A program made the position numbers and the translations under genes. A stretch of DNA of 64,000 nucleotides from a virus (Duplodnaviria; Caudoviricetes). Positions 38,102 to 48,085 of this stretch are shown here, in pieces. The stretch lies in the IMG/VR virus record IMGVR_UViG_3300028805_000091, positions 1-64,000 of that record, one strand, 5' to 3'. Each line of letters begins with the position of its first letter. Position 1 is the first letter of the stretch. Below the pieces are notes generated by a model. It was not told the DNA's origin and made no database searches. It was given only the letters and a program-made list of their open reading frames with translations.

Positions 38102-38887
38102 TTATGCTAAATATACCAAATCACCTTCAAAACGTAATTCATTTGGATCAAAATCTAATAAATCATTATCCACTACAGCATCACTATAGCAATATAATTC
38201 AAAATTCTGACGATCATACTTATCTGGAATAGATACTTGACCAGTTTTATTTAATTGATCTATATAACCATTATATCTAGTTTGATCTTCATTCCACTTA
38301 TCTACTGAAGCTTTGGCCCATTCATTCCATTTGGTATCATCCCAATCAAGTTTTTCTCTTAAAACTTTTTTAACTATAGCCTCAAATTCTGAACCTTCAA
38401 CACTTTCCTTTTCAAATGAAAACTTACTACCATTAATACGTGAATAATATGGTTGATTTGGATCACTATTTAATTTATTTAAATTTACCATATCACCATC
38501 ACCAAAATTAATTAATTCTCTATTTCTATTATATAAACCACTCCTATAATTTGGAGTCTTTAAAAATATACTATCTTGGTCATATTTAGCGCATAAATTA
38601 AACATAAAGTCTTCAAAATCTTTAGTTCTGTTTGGATTACCATTTACAACAAAAAATGAACGCTCTTTTACATCAATTGGTAAACCATCTGCCCCTTCTT
38701 CTGGATAGCCTCCTTGTGTAGTAATAACTTCATAAGGAGAATTCATTAAATCTTGACGTAATTCAGTATTTTTATTTCTTTTATCTTTTCTATTATAACT
38801 AGCCCTTGAAGCACTTATAGCAGCTACATCATAATTTTTAAATTTTTTATAAATATGCGAAAGATTTACTTCTTCTAAAGTTTCCAT
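38102..38887 (-). CDS. DUF3293-like domain protein
   Basis: AAISASR...GGYPE...ERSFFV...LCAKYDQDSI; start adjusted to METLEE. Confidence 0.5.
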   Translation of the reverse strand: METLEEVNLSHIYKKFKNYDVAAISASRASYNRKDKRNKNTELRQDLMNSPYEVITTQGGYPEEGADGLPIDVKERSFFVVNGNPNRTKDFEDFMFNLCAKYDQDSIFLKTPNYRSGLYNRNRELINFGDGDMVNLNKLNSDPNQPYYSRINGSKFSFEKESVEGSEFEAIVKKVLREKLDWDDTKWNEWAKASVDKWNEDQTRYNGYIDQLNKTGQVSIPDKYDRQNFELYCYSDAVVDNDLLDFDPNELRFEGDLVYLA

Positions 38888-38946
38888 TTGCTTAATTCCA
38901 TAGTTAAAATTTAATATAACTATTAGAACCAAAAAATAATTTATTA

Positions 38947-39774
38947 CTATATTTTATAATAAATAGGAGGTTTTGAATAAAGAGACTTTAAAGAATACGT
39001 AAAGCTTTTACCATGAATCCATGAAGCATTATTTCCCTGTTTATCCTTACCTATCAACCGTATTTTATCAAAAGGTGAAAATAATCTAAAAATAGCCTTT
39101 TTACCATCAGTATTACTTACTCTTAATATTTCATATTTATCATTTATAATTTTAAATCTATGTATTCTATTGTCTTGTAAAAATACATTAGCGTCTTTAT
39201 ATACAGAATTTTTCTTATTAGCATCTTCTTTAATTAAAATATAATGTTTATTATCTGTTATTACATGCATTATATTTTCTTCTGGAATTATTGAATAACG
39301 AATAAAATTAACATTCTCTTCTCGAATTAAAAATACTTTACCAGTAGACAAAAACTTATCTAATTCTTTTAAAGCTAAAGGTTTATAATATTCTTCTACT
39401 TTAACAATTAAATCACTAAAAATTCCACCTGCTAAATCTGTATATGTATCAGTAATTTTAAACATATGCTGATAATCCTTATATACAGCAAAGCAAGCTT
39501 CAACCATAAGTTCACGAGTTAACCTACAACCATAAAAAAATAATTCATTTTGTGAAATATTTTTAAATTTAAAAATAATTCCAATATCTCGTTTAAATTC
39601 AATATTTACATTTGGAATTTCTTCAAATATTAAATCTTTATAAAACAAGCAAGCATCAAATGTATTTTCTACACTTGGTACCTGTTTATTATTTATAATT
39701 AAAATACCATCTAATCCAGTTAAATCAACTTTTATAACTACATCAAGAGAAGCAAATACTGATTTAATTAACAT
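38947..39774 (-). CDS. Hypothetical protein
   Basis: ORF with its own sigma70-like promoter; start adjusted to MLIKS. Confidence 0.7.
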   Translation of the reverse strand: MLIKSVFASLDVVIKVDLTGLDGILIINNKQVPSVENTFDACLFYKDLIFEEIPNVNIEFKRDIGIIFKFKNISQNELFFYGCRLTRELMVEACFAVYKDYQHMFKITDTYTDLAGGIFSDLIVKVEEYYKPLALKELDKFLSTGKVFLIREENVNFIRYSIIPEENIMHVITDNKHYILIKEDANKKNSVYKDANVFLQDNRIHRFKIINDKYEILRVSNTDGKKAIFRLFSPFDKIRLIGKDKQGNNASWIHGKSFTYSLKSLYSKPPIYYKI

Positions 39775-39795
39775 ATAAATTCCTTTCAATAAAGA

Positions 39796-39824
39796 ATTAT
39801 AAACTATTTGTTATTAAAAGTAAA
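39796..39824 (-). promoter_or_regulatory. sigma70-like promoter
   Basis: TTTACT-17 nt-TATAAT. Confidence 0.75.
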
Positions 39825-39834
39825 ACGATTTTTA

Positions 39835-39880
39835 TAAAAAAATAAGTCTTATTAGGTTAATTACTCCTTCTAAGACTTAT
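39835..39880 (-). terminator. Rho-independent terminator
   Basis: 10-bp perfect inverted repeat ATAAGTCTTA/TAAGACTTAT followed by a U-tract. Confidence 0.75.
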
Positions 39881-40095
39881 CCTTCTCATTTACTGTAGCA
39901 TAACCCACCAAATCTGAACCAAAGGACTCGAACCTCTTATACCACATTAATTAGCTGTATCTACCTAAGCAATAGGATATTATGTATTTGATCTTAATAC
40001 TTTTACTATCCGCTACCAATACAAAGGTATGATGTTACCTTATTTTAATTAGTGCTGATATCTTTATGGCCATCTCACAGCAACCTCATTAAAAT
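39881..40095 (-). ncRNA. Candidate small non-coding RNA with a tRNA T-arm-like hairpin
   Basis: No substantial ORF; AGAGG-TTCGAGT-CCTTT hairpin; promoter-like TTTACA upstream and terminator downstream; no pairing acceptor stem found. Confidence 0.3.
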
Positions 40096-40135
40096 ATAAT
40101 TTTAATATATTATATTATTGTATTTGTAAAGCAAT

Positions 40136-40390
40136 TTATCTAATAAGATTTAATTTTCTTATAGCTATATTTCTTAAAACCATTAATTGCTCTATTTGAG
40201 TTATATTTTGAGTTTTTTGAATTTCGGTATTTATAAGATTTAACATATTTTGTAATGATTCTTCTGTATGAGACTTACGTAACCAATACGCAATTTCTCT
40301 TTGTGCATTGGCTGGATCAATAGCTTCACTTAATACATCTACACCATATTCTTTAAGTGTATCTTTTACTATACCTTCCCATTCAGACAT
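40136..40390 (-). CDS. Small putative internal head protein
   Basis: Leader WEGIVKDTLKE...VLSEA shared with its neighbour. Confidence 0.6.
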   Translation of the reverse strand: MSEWEGIVKDTLKEYGVDVLSEAIDPANAQREIAYWLRKSHTEESLQNMLNLINTEIQKTQNITQIEQLMVLRNIAIRKLNLIR

Positions 40391-40993
40391 TTATTCATCC
40401 CACTTAGAATCATTACCATAAATATCTCTGTGTCTAGCTTTTTGTTTAAAGTATTCATCTCTATCATATTGTAAAGATTTTGGAGGAAATTTATATTCTT
40501 CATATGTTAAATCTGGATTTTCATACCACTTTAAAAATTCGTCTAAATTAAATAATTCAACGTATTTATATCCTAAATCTTTAGCTATTTTCCTTTTTAA
40601 AGGATCTAATTCTGTCCATGTATATAAAATCTTTTTATAGAAATCGCCTTTTTGACTTTTTAACCATTTAACATCAGATTGACATACTGGATCCTCTGGA
40701 TTATATGGACGTCTACCATGTTTTACATGTTTTTGAATCTGTATCATCATATTTTCAGATGGCACAAATATATCTACTTGCCAAGGTCTATGGTTATCAG
40801 GGTTTCTAAAATCATCAAATGTTTTAGACTTTTCTGCATCTGGCCATTTTTTCTTAATCATATCATAGTAATAATTTTCATCTTCAGATACATTATAACC
40901 TGAATCTTTATCAAATATTTTTTTATCACCTTCTTCAAGGTCATAACCATTTTCTTTTAAAATATGATTAACTATTTCTTGCCAATTATACAT
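40391..40993 (-). CDS. PD-(D/E)xK/Vsr-like nuclease-fold protein with head-protein-like leader
   Basis: VDIFVPSENMMIQIQ..HG..P...W...D..KR..AK..GY.YVE; start adjusted to MYNWQ. Confidence 0.5.
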   Translation of the reverse strand: MYNWQEIVNHILKENGYDLEEGDKKIFDKDSGYNVSEDENYYYDMIKKKWPDAEKSKTFDDFRNPDNHRPWQVDIFVPSENMMIQIQKHVKHGRRPYNPEDPVCQSDVKWLKSQKGDFYKKILYTWTELDPLKRKIAKDLGYKYVELFNLDEFLKWYENPDLTYEEYKFPPKSLQYDRDEYFKQKARHRDIYGNDSKWDE

Positions 40994-40995
40994 AA

Positions 40996-43900
40996 TTAAC
41001 CCCAACGTCTTAAGTCTCTAAGTGGTTGATTTGACTTGAATTTTACTGGTTCTTCTGGCTTTCCACCATATGGAACAAATAATTTATATCCATTAGACAT
41101 ATGTTTAACATACGAAGCAAAATCTGGATCAAAAGCTTTTAAAGCCATAATAACAGCAGGATCATTCGGATTTTGATTATAATATTTAACAAGATTTTCA
41201 AATCTTGGATCTTCTTTTTCCATTATTTTTAAAACTGCTTCAACTTCATCATCACTAAGTGTAATATAAGTACCTCTGCTATCTACTTTGCTAATACGAG
41301 AACGTCCTCTATCTGAAGTTAACTGCATTAAAGCACGTTTTTTCATTCTACTAGGATCATTTAATTTATTATGAGTAGCAGACCAAGCCATAGCAGCTTG
41401 AATAAATCCAGCTGGAACAGGTTCAGCTCTTTTACCTTTAATAGTCTTACCTTTATTATCTGTTTGAGTTATATAAACAGTATTAACATCCTCAGGTTTA
41501 GCTGTTCTTTCAACACCAACAATTACATAATATCTTGTTGGCTCTTTATCTTGTTCACGTTTCCATTTTGAATTATCTGGTTCAACTGCAAAAGGTACTT
41601 GTAAAAGTTTAGGATCTATATGCAAATATCTATCTAATACTGCAGTAACATATCTACCATTTTCACTCGCTTTAACGTAATCTTGTTTTTCTCTTTCGCC
41701 AAAAGCCTCCTCTATTTCTTCAACAGATTCAGTCTTTTTCTTTCCTTTTGTTGGATGATAACCAGGTAATTGTTCTTTTTTCTTTCTACTTCCTTCCCAT
41801 TTCTTTAAAGCTAACTCTGGACGCCAACCATAATGTGCAATATCATGATATAAAGCTACTCTATATCTAGCTGGCAATGTATTTAAATCATATTTATCCC
41901 AATTTTCAATACACCAATTACGATAAGCTTCATTAATATTTCTTGCACGCTCTTCTATTTCGATAAGTAAATCATCTAAATCTGGCTCATTTCTTAAAAT
42001 TTTATCATGCATTTCCTTATTACGAGGATCTTCTGTTACTTTAACAAAATCATAAGTAGGCATTTCAAATCTATCGACAATTGTAGGTCTATATTTACCA
42101 TCATCTGCTTCTACTATATCAATATCATAGCATAATACATTCTGAGGATCATCACCCTCATCAATACCACCTAATTGTAATATACCTTCACTACCATCTT
42201 TTTTGTCATAAGCTAAATAAGGCTTTTTATACTTAAAATCTGGATGAATTCCCATATAAGTTAAAGAAAGCATTTCATCAACTTTAGCTATATCTTTTAA
42301 ATGATTAACATATGATTCTGGTTTTGTACCAGCCGGAGTTTTTTTAGTCCATTCTTTTAAACCACGTAAAGCAGATTCAAAGATAAATTTACATCTATCT
42401 CCAAAACTATTTTTATTACGTAACTCTTCTATAGCCTCAGATATTTGTGGATGTGCTTCACGATAACCATCATCTGCATTTGCTAATACATCTTCAAGTT
42501 TATTTAATGTTTCATCTATATTACCAGCATACTTAGCCATTAATCCATCAATGATTTCGTTTTTTGACTTTTCAAATAAATCATTTTCATCATAGGTAAT
42601 ACTGTCTATACTATCAAATTCACCTTCTTCTAAAGATTCTAATGATAATTCTTCACTTTCGGCATTATAATATGCTTGTTTAAGACGCTCTAAAATACCA
42701 TCAGCTCTTAATTTCTTAAATAAGTTATTCATATAGCCTAATTCACCACCTTCTTCGGCATCTCCATCAGCTAATGCACTCTTACGCATATTCCATACAG
42801 CTTCAATACCATTAGCTAACATATTCTTATCTTTAGAATTAATTATATCATTCAAAGCCGTTTTAACAGCCATATAATAGTCATCTTCTGGCTCGATTAA
42901 TTCTTTACCTGCATTTTCTGGTTCGATAACCCACGAGTCATTTAATACAGAATAAATACCTGAAGTAACTAATGGCTCAGATGTATTTTCTGCACCGACC
43001 TCAACAGGTAAACCCTTTATAGTAATATCATGTTGATTATTAAATACTTTTTTAGCTGTTTGTAAATATTTACTTAATAATTCAGCATTCATACCGGCAT
43101 TTTCAAAGTCATAAACTAAGTGTAAATCTATATCACTATTATCATTATAGTTATAATTTGCTTCACTACCTGTAAAATATATATCAATAGGCTCAATATC
43201 TAATTTAAGATTAGCTTTAAAAGTATTAGCTATATCGAGTAAAGCATCACGAACATCTGATTTTAATGTTTTACCATCAAATAATTCTTGATTTAATTCT
43301 TCATGTGTTTGACCTTCCATAACATAAGATACATTTTGCTTATCCATGTTATCAGTAGAATATTTTAAAGCAGATGCTCCATCATTAACATAAGCTTCCG
43401 TCTGTACAGATTCTTTTTTGAGAATATTTCTTAATTCACGTTCTTTTCTAAAATCACCATTACGTATAGCTTTATTTAATTGAGAATTTAACCAACGATC
43501 TTCTTTTTCTCTCTTATCATGCTTATCTATAAATTCATTTTCTGCACCAGAATTATGAATTGGATTACCATAACTAATAGGCTTAGTTAAATTCCAATGT
43601 TTTTCACGAGCTTTTTCTTTATTAGCTGTTGTATTACCATAAATTGAATTATGATAGTCTGCTTTTTCTTTACGAAAATCTTTTATTTGACTATTTAATT
43701 CTTTTATTTTTGTAAGACGTTCATTATTCCAATTCCAAGCTTCATCTGAGCCTTTTTCAATATTATCTGGTAATGGCTCATTAGCTAATGCACTAATTTT
43801 ATTTCTTAACTCTTTAACTTTCTCTTGATCTTCTGGACTTAATTCAAATTCGTCTGCATCCATTTTAGCTATACGACTTAATGTTGATCTAGATTTAACA

Positions 43901-44934
43901 AAATCTTTTTTAGCTCTATTTAATAAAGCATCATCAACTGGTTCTTCTGAATTACGACTCTGCAACATATTTGAAAGTTGTCTTTTTTGACTTTGATATG
44001 CTGTATTTGCAGTAGAATATGCTGATTTATCAGATTTAATAAAATACTCTGGATCTTGTTGAAATTTTTGTGTAAAAGTAAAATAACGAGTAAATATATC
44101 ATTTTTTACTTCTGGAATAGCATTTGTATAATCATTATCAATAACTATTGCAAATTTATTATATTTTGATAATGGCTCTCTACTATCATTCAATTTAACA
44201 GCTAAACTACGATAAAATAAAGGGTTAAATAATTTATCGCGATTATATTTTAAAATACTTTTATCTGATAACTTTTGAGGAGATAATTCTGGATCAAAAC
44301 TCATTTTACTAGTAAATAATTGAGTTTTTGGAAAATATTCTACATCTTTATGAATTAATTCGCCATTTTCATCAACAGGATATACTTTTACATCATGAGG
44401 TCTAGTTAAACCAGCTTCTTCAGCCTTTGACATTACTTCTTTAATTTTTGGTTCAATCTCTTCAAAACCTTCTGTTAATTCAACGAAACCTTCTACTAAC
44501 ATATCTTCATCATTTTCAGTAGATTCGAAACTAGCTTTCTTACCCATTGTCTGTGGATCTCCCTTACGTCCTTCACGGTTAATATATGGTAAATCATGTA
44601 AAAGTTTTTTATAATACTTTGATAATACATTATTATTCATCCACTTAGATACAGCTGTACTAAGCATTAAATATGCATCAATTGGATTATCCGCATTTTC
44701 TTGAATCCAATCCCAAATTTTTGTTTCATAAGCTCTACGTAAATATTTATCTGCTTTAGTCATTTTATGATACATATCTTTTTTATCACGAAATAGACCT
44801 GTTATGACGCTAAAAGCATTCTTTTTAGTATCAAAAACAATTCCAGTATAACTTTCTAAATTTGACTTAGCTTTTACATCATCTGCTTCTGTAAAAGTAT
44901 CTCTTAACATATTCGGAAATAAAGTAATGGACAT
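40996..44934 (-). CDS. 1312-aa putative virion/internal protein with Pol-beta superfamily nucleotidyltransferase domain
   Basis: DIYFTGSEANYNYNDNSDIDLHL (hGS...DxD) plus a later VEVG strand; many xxE-(S/A/G) motifs. Confidence 0.7.
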   Translation of the reverse strand: MSITLFPNMLRDTFTEADDVKAKSNLESYTGIVFDTKKNAFSVITGLFRDKKDMYHKMTKADKYLRRAYETKIWDWIQENADNPIDAYLMLSTAVSKWMNNNVLSKYYKKLLHDLPYINREGRKGDPQTMGKKASFESTENDEDMLVEGFVELTEGFEEIEPKIKEVMSKAEEAGLTRPHDVKVYPVDENGELIHKDVEYFPKTQLFTSKMSFDPELSPQKLSDKSILKYNRDKLFNPLFYRSLAVKLNDSREPLSKYNKFAIVIDNDYTNAIPEVKNDIFTRYFTFTQKFQQDPEYFIKSDKSAYSTANTAYQSQKRQLSNMLQSRNSEEPVDDALLNRAKKDFVKSRSTLSRIAKMDADEFELSPEDQEKVKELRNKISALANEPLPDNIEKGSDEAWNWNNERLTKIKELNSQIKDFRKEKADYHNSIYGNTTANKEKAREKHWNLTKPISYGNPIHNSGAENEFIDKHDKREKEDRWLNSQLNKAIRNGDFRKERELRNILKKESVQTEAYVNDGASALKYSTDNMDKQNVSYVMEGQTHEELNQELFDGKTLKSDVRDALLDIANTFKANLKLDIEPIDIYFTGSEANYNYNDNSDIDLHLVYDFENAGMNAELLSKYLQTAKKVFNNQHDITIKGLPVEVGAENTSEPLVTSGIYSVLNDSWVIEPENAGKELIEPEDDYYMAVKTALNDIINSKDKNMLANGIEAVWNMRKSALADGDAEEGGELGYMNNLFKKLRADGILERLKQAYYNAESEELSLESLEEGEFDSIDSITYDENDLFEKSKNEIIDGLMAKYAGNIDETLNKLEDVLANADDGYREAHPQISEAIEELRNKNSFGDRCKFIFESALRGLKEWTKKTPAGTKPESYVNHLKDIAKVDEMLSLTYMGIHPDFKYKKPYLAYDKKDGSEGILQLGGIDEGDDPQNVLCYDIDIVEADDGKYRPTIVDRFEMPTYDFVKVTEDPRNKEMHDKILRNEPDLDDLLIEIEERARNINEAYRNWCIENWDKYDLNTLPARYRVALYHDIAHYGWRPELALKKWEGSRKKKEQLPGYHPTKGKKKTESVEEIEEAFGEREKQDYVKASENGRYVTAVLDRYLHIDPKLLQVPFAVEPDNSKWKREQDKEPTRYYVIVGVERTAKPEDVNTVYITQTDNKGKTIKGKRAEPVPAGFIQAAMAWSATHNKLNDPSRMKKRALMQLTSDRGRSRISKVDSRGTYITLSDDEVEAVLKIMEKEDPRFENLVKYYNQNPNDPAVIMALKAFDPDFASYVKHMSNGYKLFVPYGGKPEEPVKFKSNQPLRDLRRWG

Positions 44935-45012
44935 ATCAAAGCCTTAATATTTTTAATAACTTCATATTAGAACTTAAATAGATTTCATTGTTTAATTTTT
45001 ATCAAATAAGGC

Positions 45013-45041
45013 TTTACAAATTAAAAATTAAAGACTATATT
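45013..45041 (+). promoter_or_regulatory. sigma70-like promoter
   Basis: TTTACA-17 nt-TATATT. Confidence 0.75.
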
Positions 45042-45072
45042 AATTTATAATTTAATAATACTGGGAGTATAT

Positions 45073-45297
45073 TTGATGCGTGTAATAAATTTAGATGAAA
45101 CTGGAATTAAAATTATCACATCAGAGAAAAAACAAATGTATTTATCAATAGCTGAAATACGAGACTTTATAGCTAAAAAATATACGTTAATAGATAATAT
45201 TTTAACCATTAACACTAAACAATTACCATTATCTAAAAAAGATGTAGATGAATTTCCTACAATAGTTACATATATAGAAAATAATTTTAAAAATTGA
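45073..45297 (+). CDS. Hypothetical protein
   Basis: GGGAG RBS; follows the promoter. Confidence 0.6.
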   Translation: MMRVINLDETGIKIITSEKKQMYLSIAEIRDFIAKKYTLIDNILTINTKQLPLSKKDVDEFPTIVTYIENNFKN

Positions 45298-45306
45298 GGA
45301 AATTAT

Positions 45307-45525
45307 ATGTTTAATAAGAAAAAACAATCTGAAAATATTGAAATCGATGAAGTTAAGATAAAATCTCTTACTTTATATCAATCTATTCAAGCAAATTTTA
45401 ATGAAATGGGTTATAGTGTTATATATACACGTGTTCCAACTGGTTTAATTAGACTAGTTATTACGCCAGAAGCTATAAATCAAGTTATAATTGAAGTTCC
45501 AGATTCATATTTTGTAATTTCTTAA
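45307..45525 (+). CDS. Hypothetical protein
   Basis: GAGG RBS. Confidence 0.65.
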   Translation: MFNKKKQSENIEIDEVKIKSLTLYQSIQANFNEMGYSVIYTRVPTGLIRLVITPEAINQVIIEVPDSYFVIS

Positions 45526-45899
45526 GCTTGTATTCTAGCTTTTGATAATTCTATTATATAAGCAAGTGGTATACGTAAAATAGCTAAAATAAAAGCTTTC
45601 ACATCTGCTGTTAATCTGTTATTAAAGATATCTTCAACCTGACTTAAAGCTTTATAATCCTCAGGAGTAATATATTTTTCTATATCTTTTAAATATATGT
45701 TATTTAAAGACAAATTACGTAAAGCATCAACAGCTAAAAATTCCAATTTTGTACGCTGCTTTTTCATAATATAACCAAAAACACGATTCCAACTATTAGT
45801 TTCAGCAAATGAATCTGTTTTTACCTTAACTTTTACATTAATTGATATTTTAGGAGTCTTACGTCCATCACCAAAAATATCTAATTTAGTCTTATTCAT
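45522..45899 (-). CDS. Hypothetical protein
   Basis: GGAG RBS. Confidence 0.65.
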   Translation of the reverse strand: MNKTKLDIFGDGRKTPKISINVKVKVKTDSFAETNSWNRVFGYIMKKQRTKLEFLAVDALRNLSLNNIYLKDIEKYITPEDYKALSQVEDIFNNRLTADVKAFILAILRIPLAYIIELSKARIQA

Positions 45900-45918
45900 A
45901 AAATAATCTCCCTTTCAT

Positions 45919-46266
45919 TTAAAAATTAATAAATCGTGAATTTTCAGGATTATCTGTTACTCCATCTAACCAATCTTGAACTGTTTGAGCTTTAAATTCT
46001 TTCGTCATTGATTTTATAAATGGCTCATCTTCTTTAACAATACGTTTAACTACATCCTTATCAAAATCTATTAAAAGTTTTTCACCACAATTTAAAGCTT
46101 CCATTATCTTTTTGATAGTATCTTCATCAAAACTTTGAAATAATGTACCCTCAAATTTAAAATATTCTACGGCTTGTTCAAGTTTGTTAATTTTATCAAT
46201 AAGAAACATGACACCAAATTTCTTTTCTACAATATATACGCCATGAATTATTTTACTATCAACCAA
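45919..46266 (-). CDS. Hypothetical protein
   Basis: ORF downstream of portal. Confidence 0.6.
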   Translation of the reverse strand: MVDSKIIHGVYIVEKKFGVMFLIDKINKLEQAVEYFKFEGTLFQSFDEDTIKKIMEALNCGEKLLIDFDKDVVKRIVKEDEPFIKSMTKEFKAQTVQDWLDGVTDNPENSRFINF

Positions 46267-48085
46267 TTAAAGTCTCCTTTTGTGTATAAATTTTACGTGC
46301 TTCTACTAATGTAAAATTATCTTTATGTTGTGTATCTTCATAAACTTCACGTAATAACTTATACTGATTATAATTTGTAGAATTAAATTCTTTATTACTT
46401 AATGCCATAGAAACAGATTCACCCATACTAGGTACTGGGCCAGCAGTTTCTTCAGTTTCTGACATATCAGGCATAACACTCGCAGTATGAATTTTTTGTC
46501 TATTCAAGAATTTAGCTAATTCTTCAGCAGAACTTAACATATTAACAGAAGTATTGCTGCATACTAATTGTGCAATATCAGAAGGTAATCCCATTTTAAT
46601 TAAAAATTGGAATTTATTGATATTTGTCATATTACCATTTAATTCCATAAATGATTTCATTAACTCACAAATATCATTATATTTACTAATAACATCTGCA
46701 GGAATTTGAATTGGTTCATTAAGACTTACTTCTATATCTAATTTACTAACATCATAACCAGCATGAGTTAATACATTTTCGATTAAACACATCATAGCAT
46801 TTAATGTGGCTCTTTTAAGAGGTAATAAAGCACGTTTTAACTTAAGATCTTGAGCTTCTAATGTTTGAGCTGTTGTAATAACATCTTCACCGACTAAATA
46901 ACCTTTAGGAAGACTTGAATTACGTAAAATTTTATCCAAGAAATATTCAACATCTTCAGTTGAACTTAAATCAATATTAGATTCAATTTTTTCAAATTCA
47001 ACTTTTTTACCGTCATAAGCAACAGGTAATGTTAAAATAGACATAGCACCTGGAAATTTACGTCCAGCTTTAGGAGCATTAGTATCACTAAAAATTGAAT
47101 TAAGATATTGGGCTCTCCATTCATTCATATAAGCATATGAATCACTAACTGCTATTCCATTTGGCATTGGTACATAAAATACTAAGCGTTGAATTTTAGA
47201 AGCACGAGAAATACCTAATAAACCCTCAAGAGTCGTCAATTGATCAAAAGCAGAACGCATTGACCATAAAACAGACTTACCATAAGGCTCCGTTAATTCA
47301 TCATATAATACTGCATGTACAAATTGCCAAGGCTGCCAAATTTTTTTATCTACTTTAGCTGTACTAGATACCGAATTTACATATCCTAAATTTGTTTCTA
47401 CTTCATAATTAATTGGATTATTATACTCATCCGTATTAACTTTAAAATATTTTGGATTTACACATGATATAAGTAAATCTTCTAATACATCTATTTTACG
47501 AAAATCTGCTACATCTTTATCAGTCATCCATTTATCGAGATATGGATAAGAAAGTAAAAATCCATAATTACCATATTTAGCAATTGAACGAACTATATTA
47601 GGTAATCTTTGATAAATTTTATTCTTATATAAAACTTTTTCAATAAATGTTTGTGCATTTTTATTTGAAATTTTAATATTTAATGGATTTTCAACAAAAC
47701 CGGCAGATAATACTTCAGCTGCATATGTATCTAAAATAAGACTAACTTCAGATATATTTTCATCCATAGCATCAAATGTAGCATAAGCAGTTTTAAGTGT
47801 ATCATAATTACGACTAAATAAGGTATATGTATTTAAAAAATCATCATATAATTCAAACATTTCAGATGTATGCTTGAATGACGTAGGAATAGAAATAAAT
47901 TGACCAGATTGTGTTTGACCAATTGTAAAATTATGTTTCTTAGCAAGAGCACGAAGAACCTCAAAACTTATTCCTGGGTTACTGAAAAATAATGATTCAG
48001 TATCAGCATCATAAGCTGAATTTTCAACAATTCTTTTAGCTAAAGTTTTAATCTGTTTATTTGGCATTATATTATTCCCACTCAA
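46259..48085 (-). CDS. Portal protein (T4 gp20-like)
   Basis: WQFVH...PYGKSVL..MRSAFDQL..LE....ISRA...RLVFYV and EDVEYF..KI...SSLPKGYL. Confidence 0.85.
   Translation of the reverse strand: MSGNNIMPNKQIKTLAKRIVENSAYDADTESLFFSNPGISFEVLRALAKKHNFTIGQTQSGQFISIPTSFKHTSEMFELYDDFLNTYTLFSRNYDTLKTAYATFDAMDENISEVSLILDTYAAEVLSAGFVENPLNIKISNKNAQTFIEKVLYKNKIYQRLPNIVRSIAKYGNYGFLLSYPYLDKWMTDKDVADFRKIDVLEDLLISCVNPKYFKVNTDEYNNPINYEVETNLGYVNSVSSTAKVDKKIWQPWQFVHAVLYDELTEPYGKSVLWSMRSAFDQLTTLEGLLGISRASKIQRLVFYVPMPNGIAVSDSYAYMNEWRAQYLNSIFSDTNAPKAGRKFPGAMSILTLPVAYDGKKVEFEKIESNIDLSSTEDVEYFLDKILRNSSLPKGYLVGEDVITTAQTLEAQDLKLKRALLPLKRATLNAMMCLIENVLTHAGYDVSKLDIEVSLNEPIQIPADVISKYNDICELMKSFMELNGNMTNINKFQFLIKMGLPSDIAQLVCSNTSVNMLSSAEELAKFLNRQKIHTASVMPDMSETEETAGPVPSMGESVSMALSNKEFNSTNYNQYKLLREVYEDTQHKDNFTLVEARKIYTQKETLIG

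Noticed and set aside
39905-39995. Canonical tRNA gene
   Set aside because: The T-arm is convincing, but no 7-bp acceptor stem or proper anticodon loop could be built. Kept only as a low-confidence ncRNA candidate.
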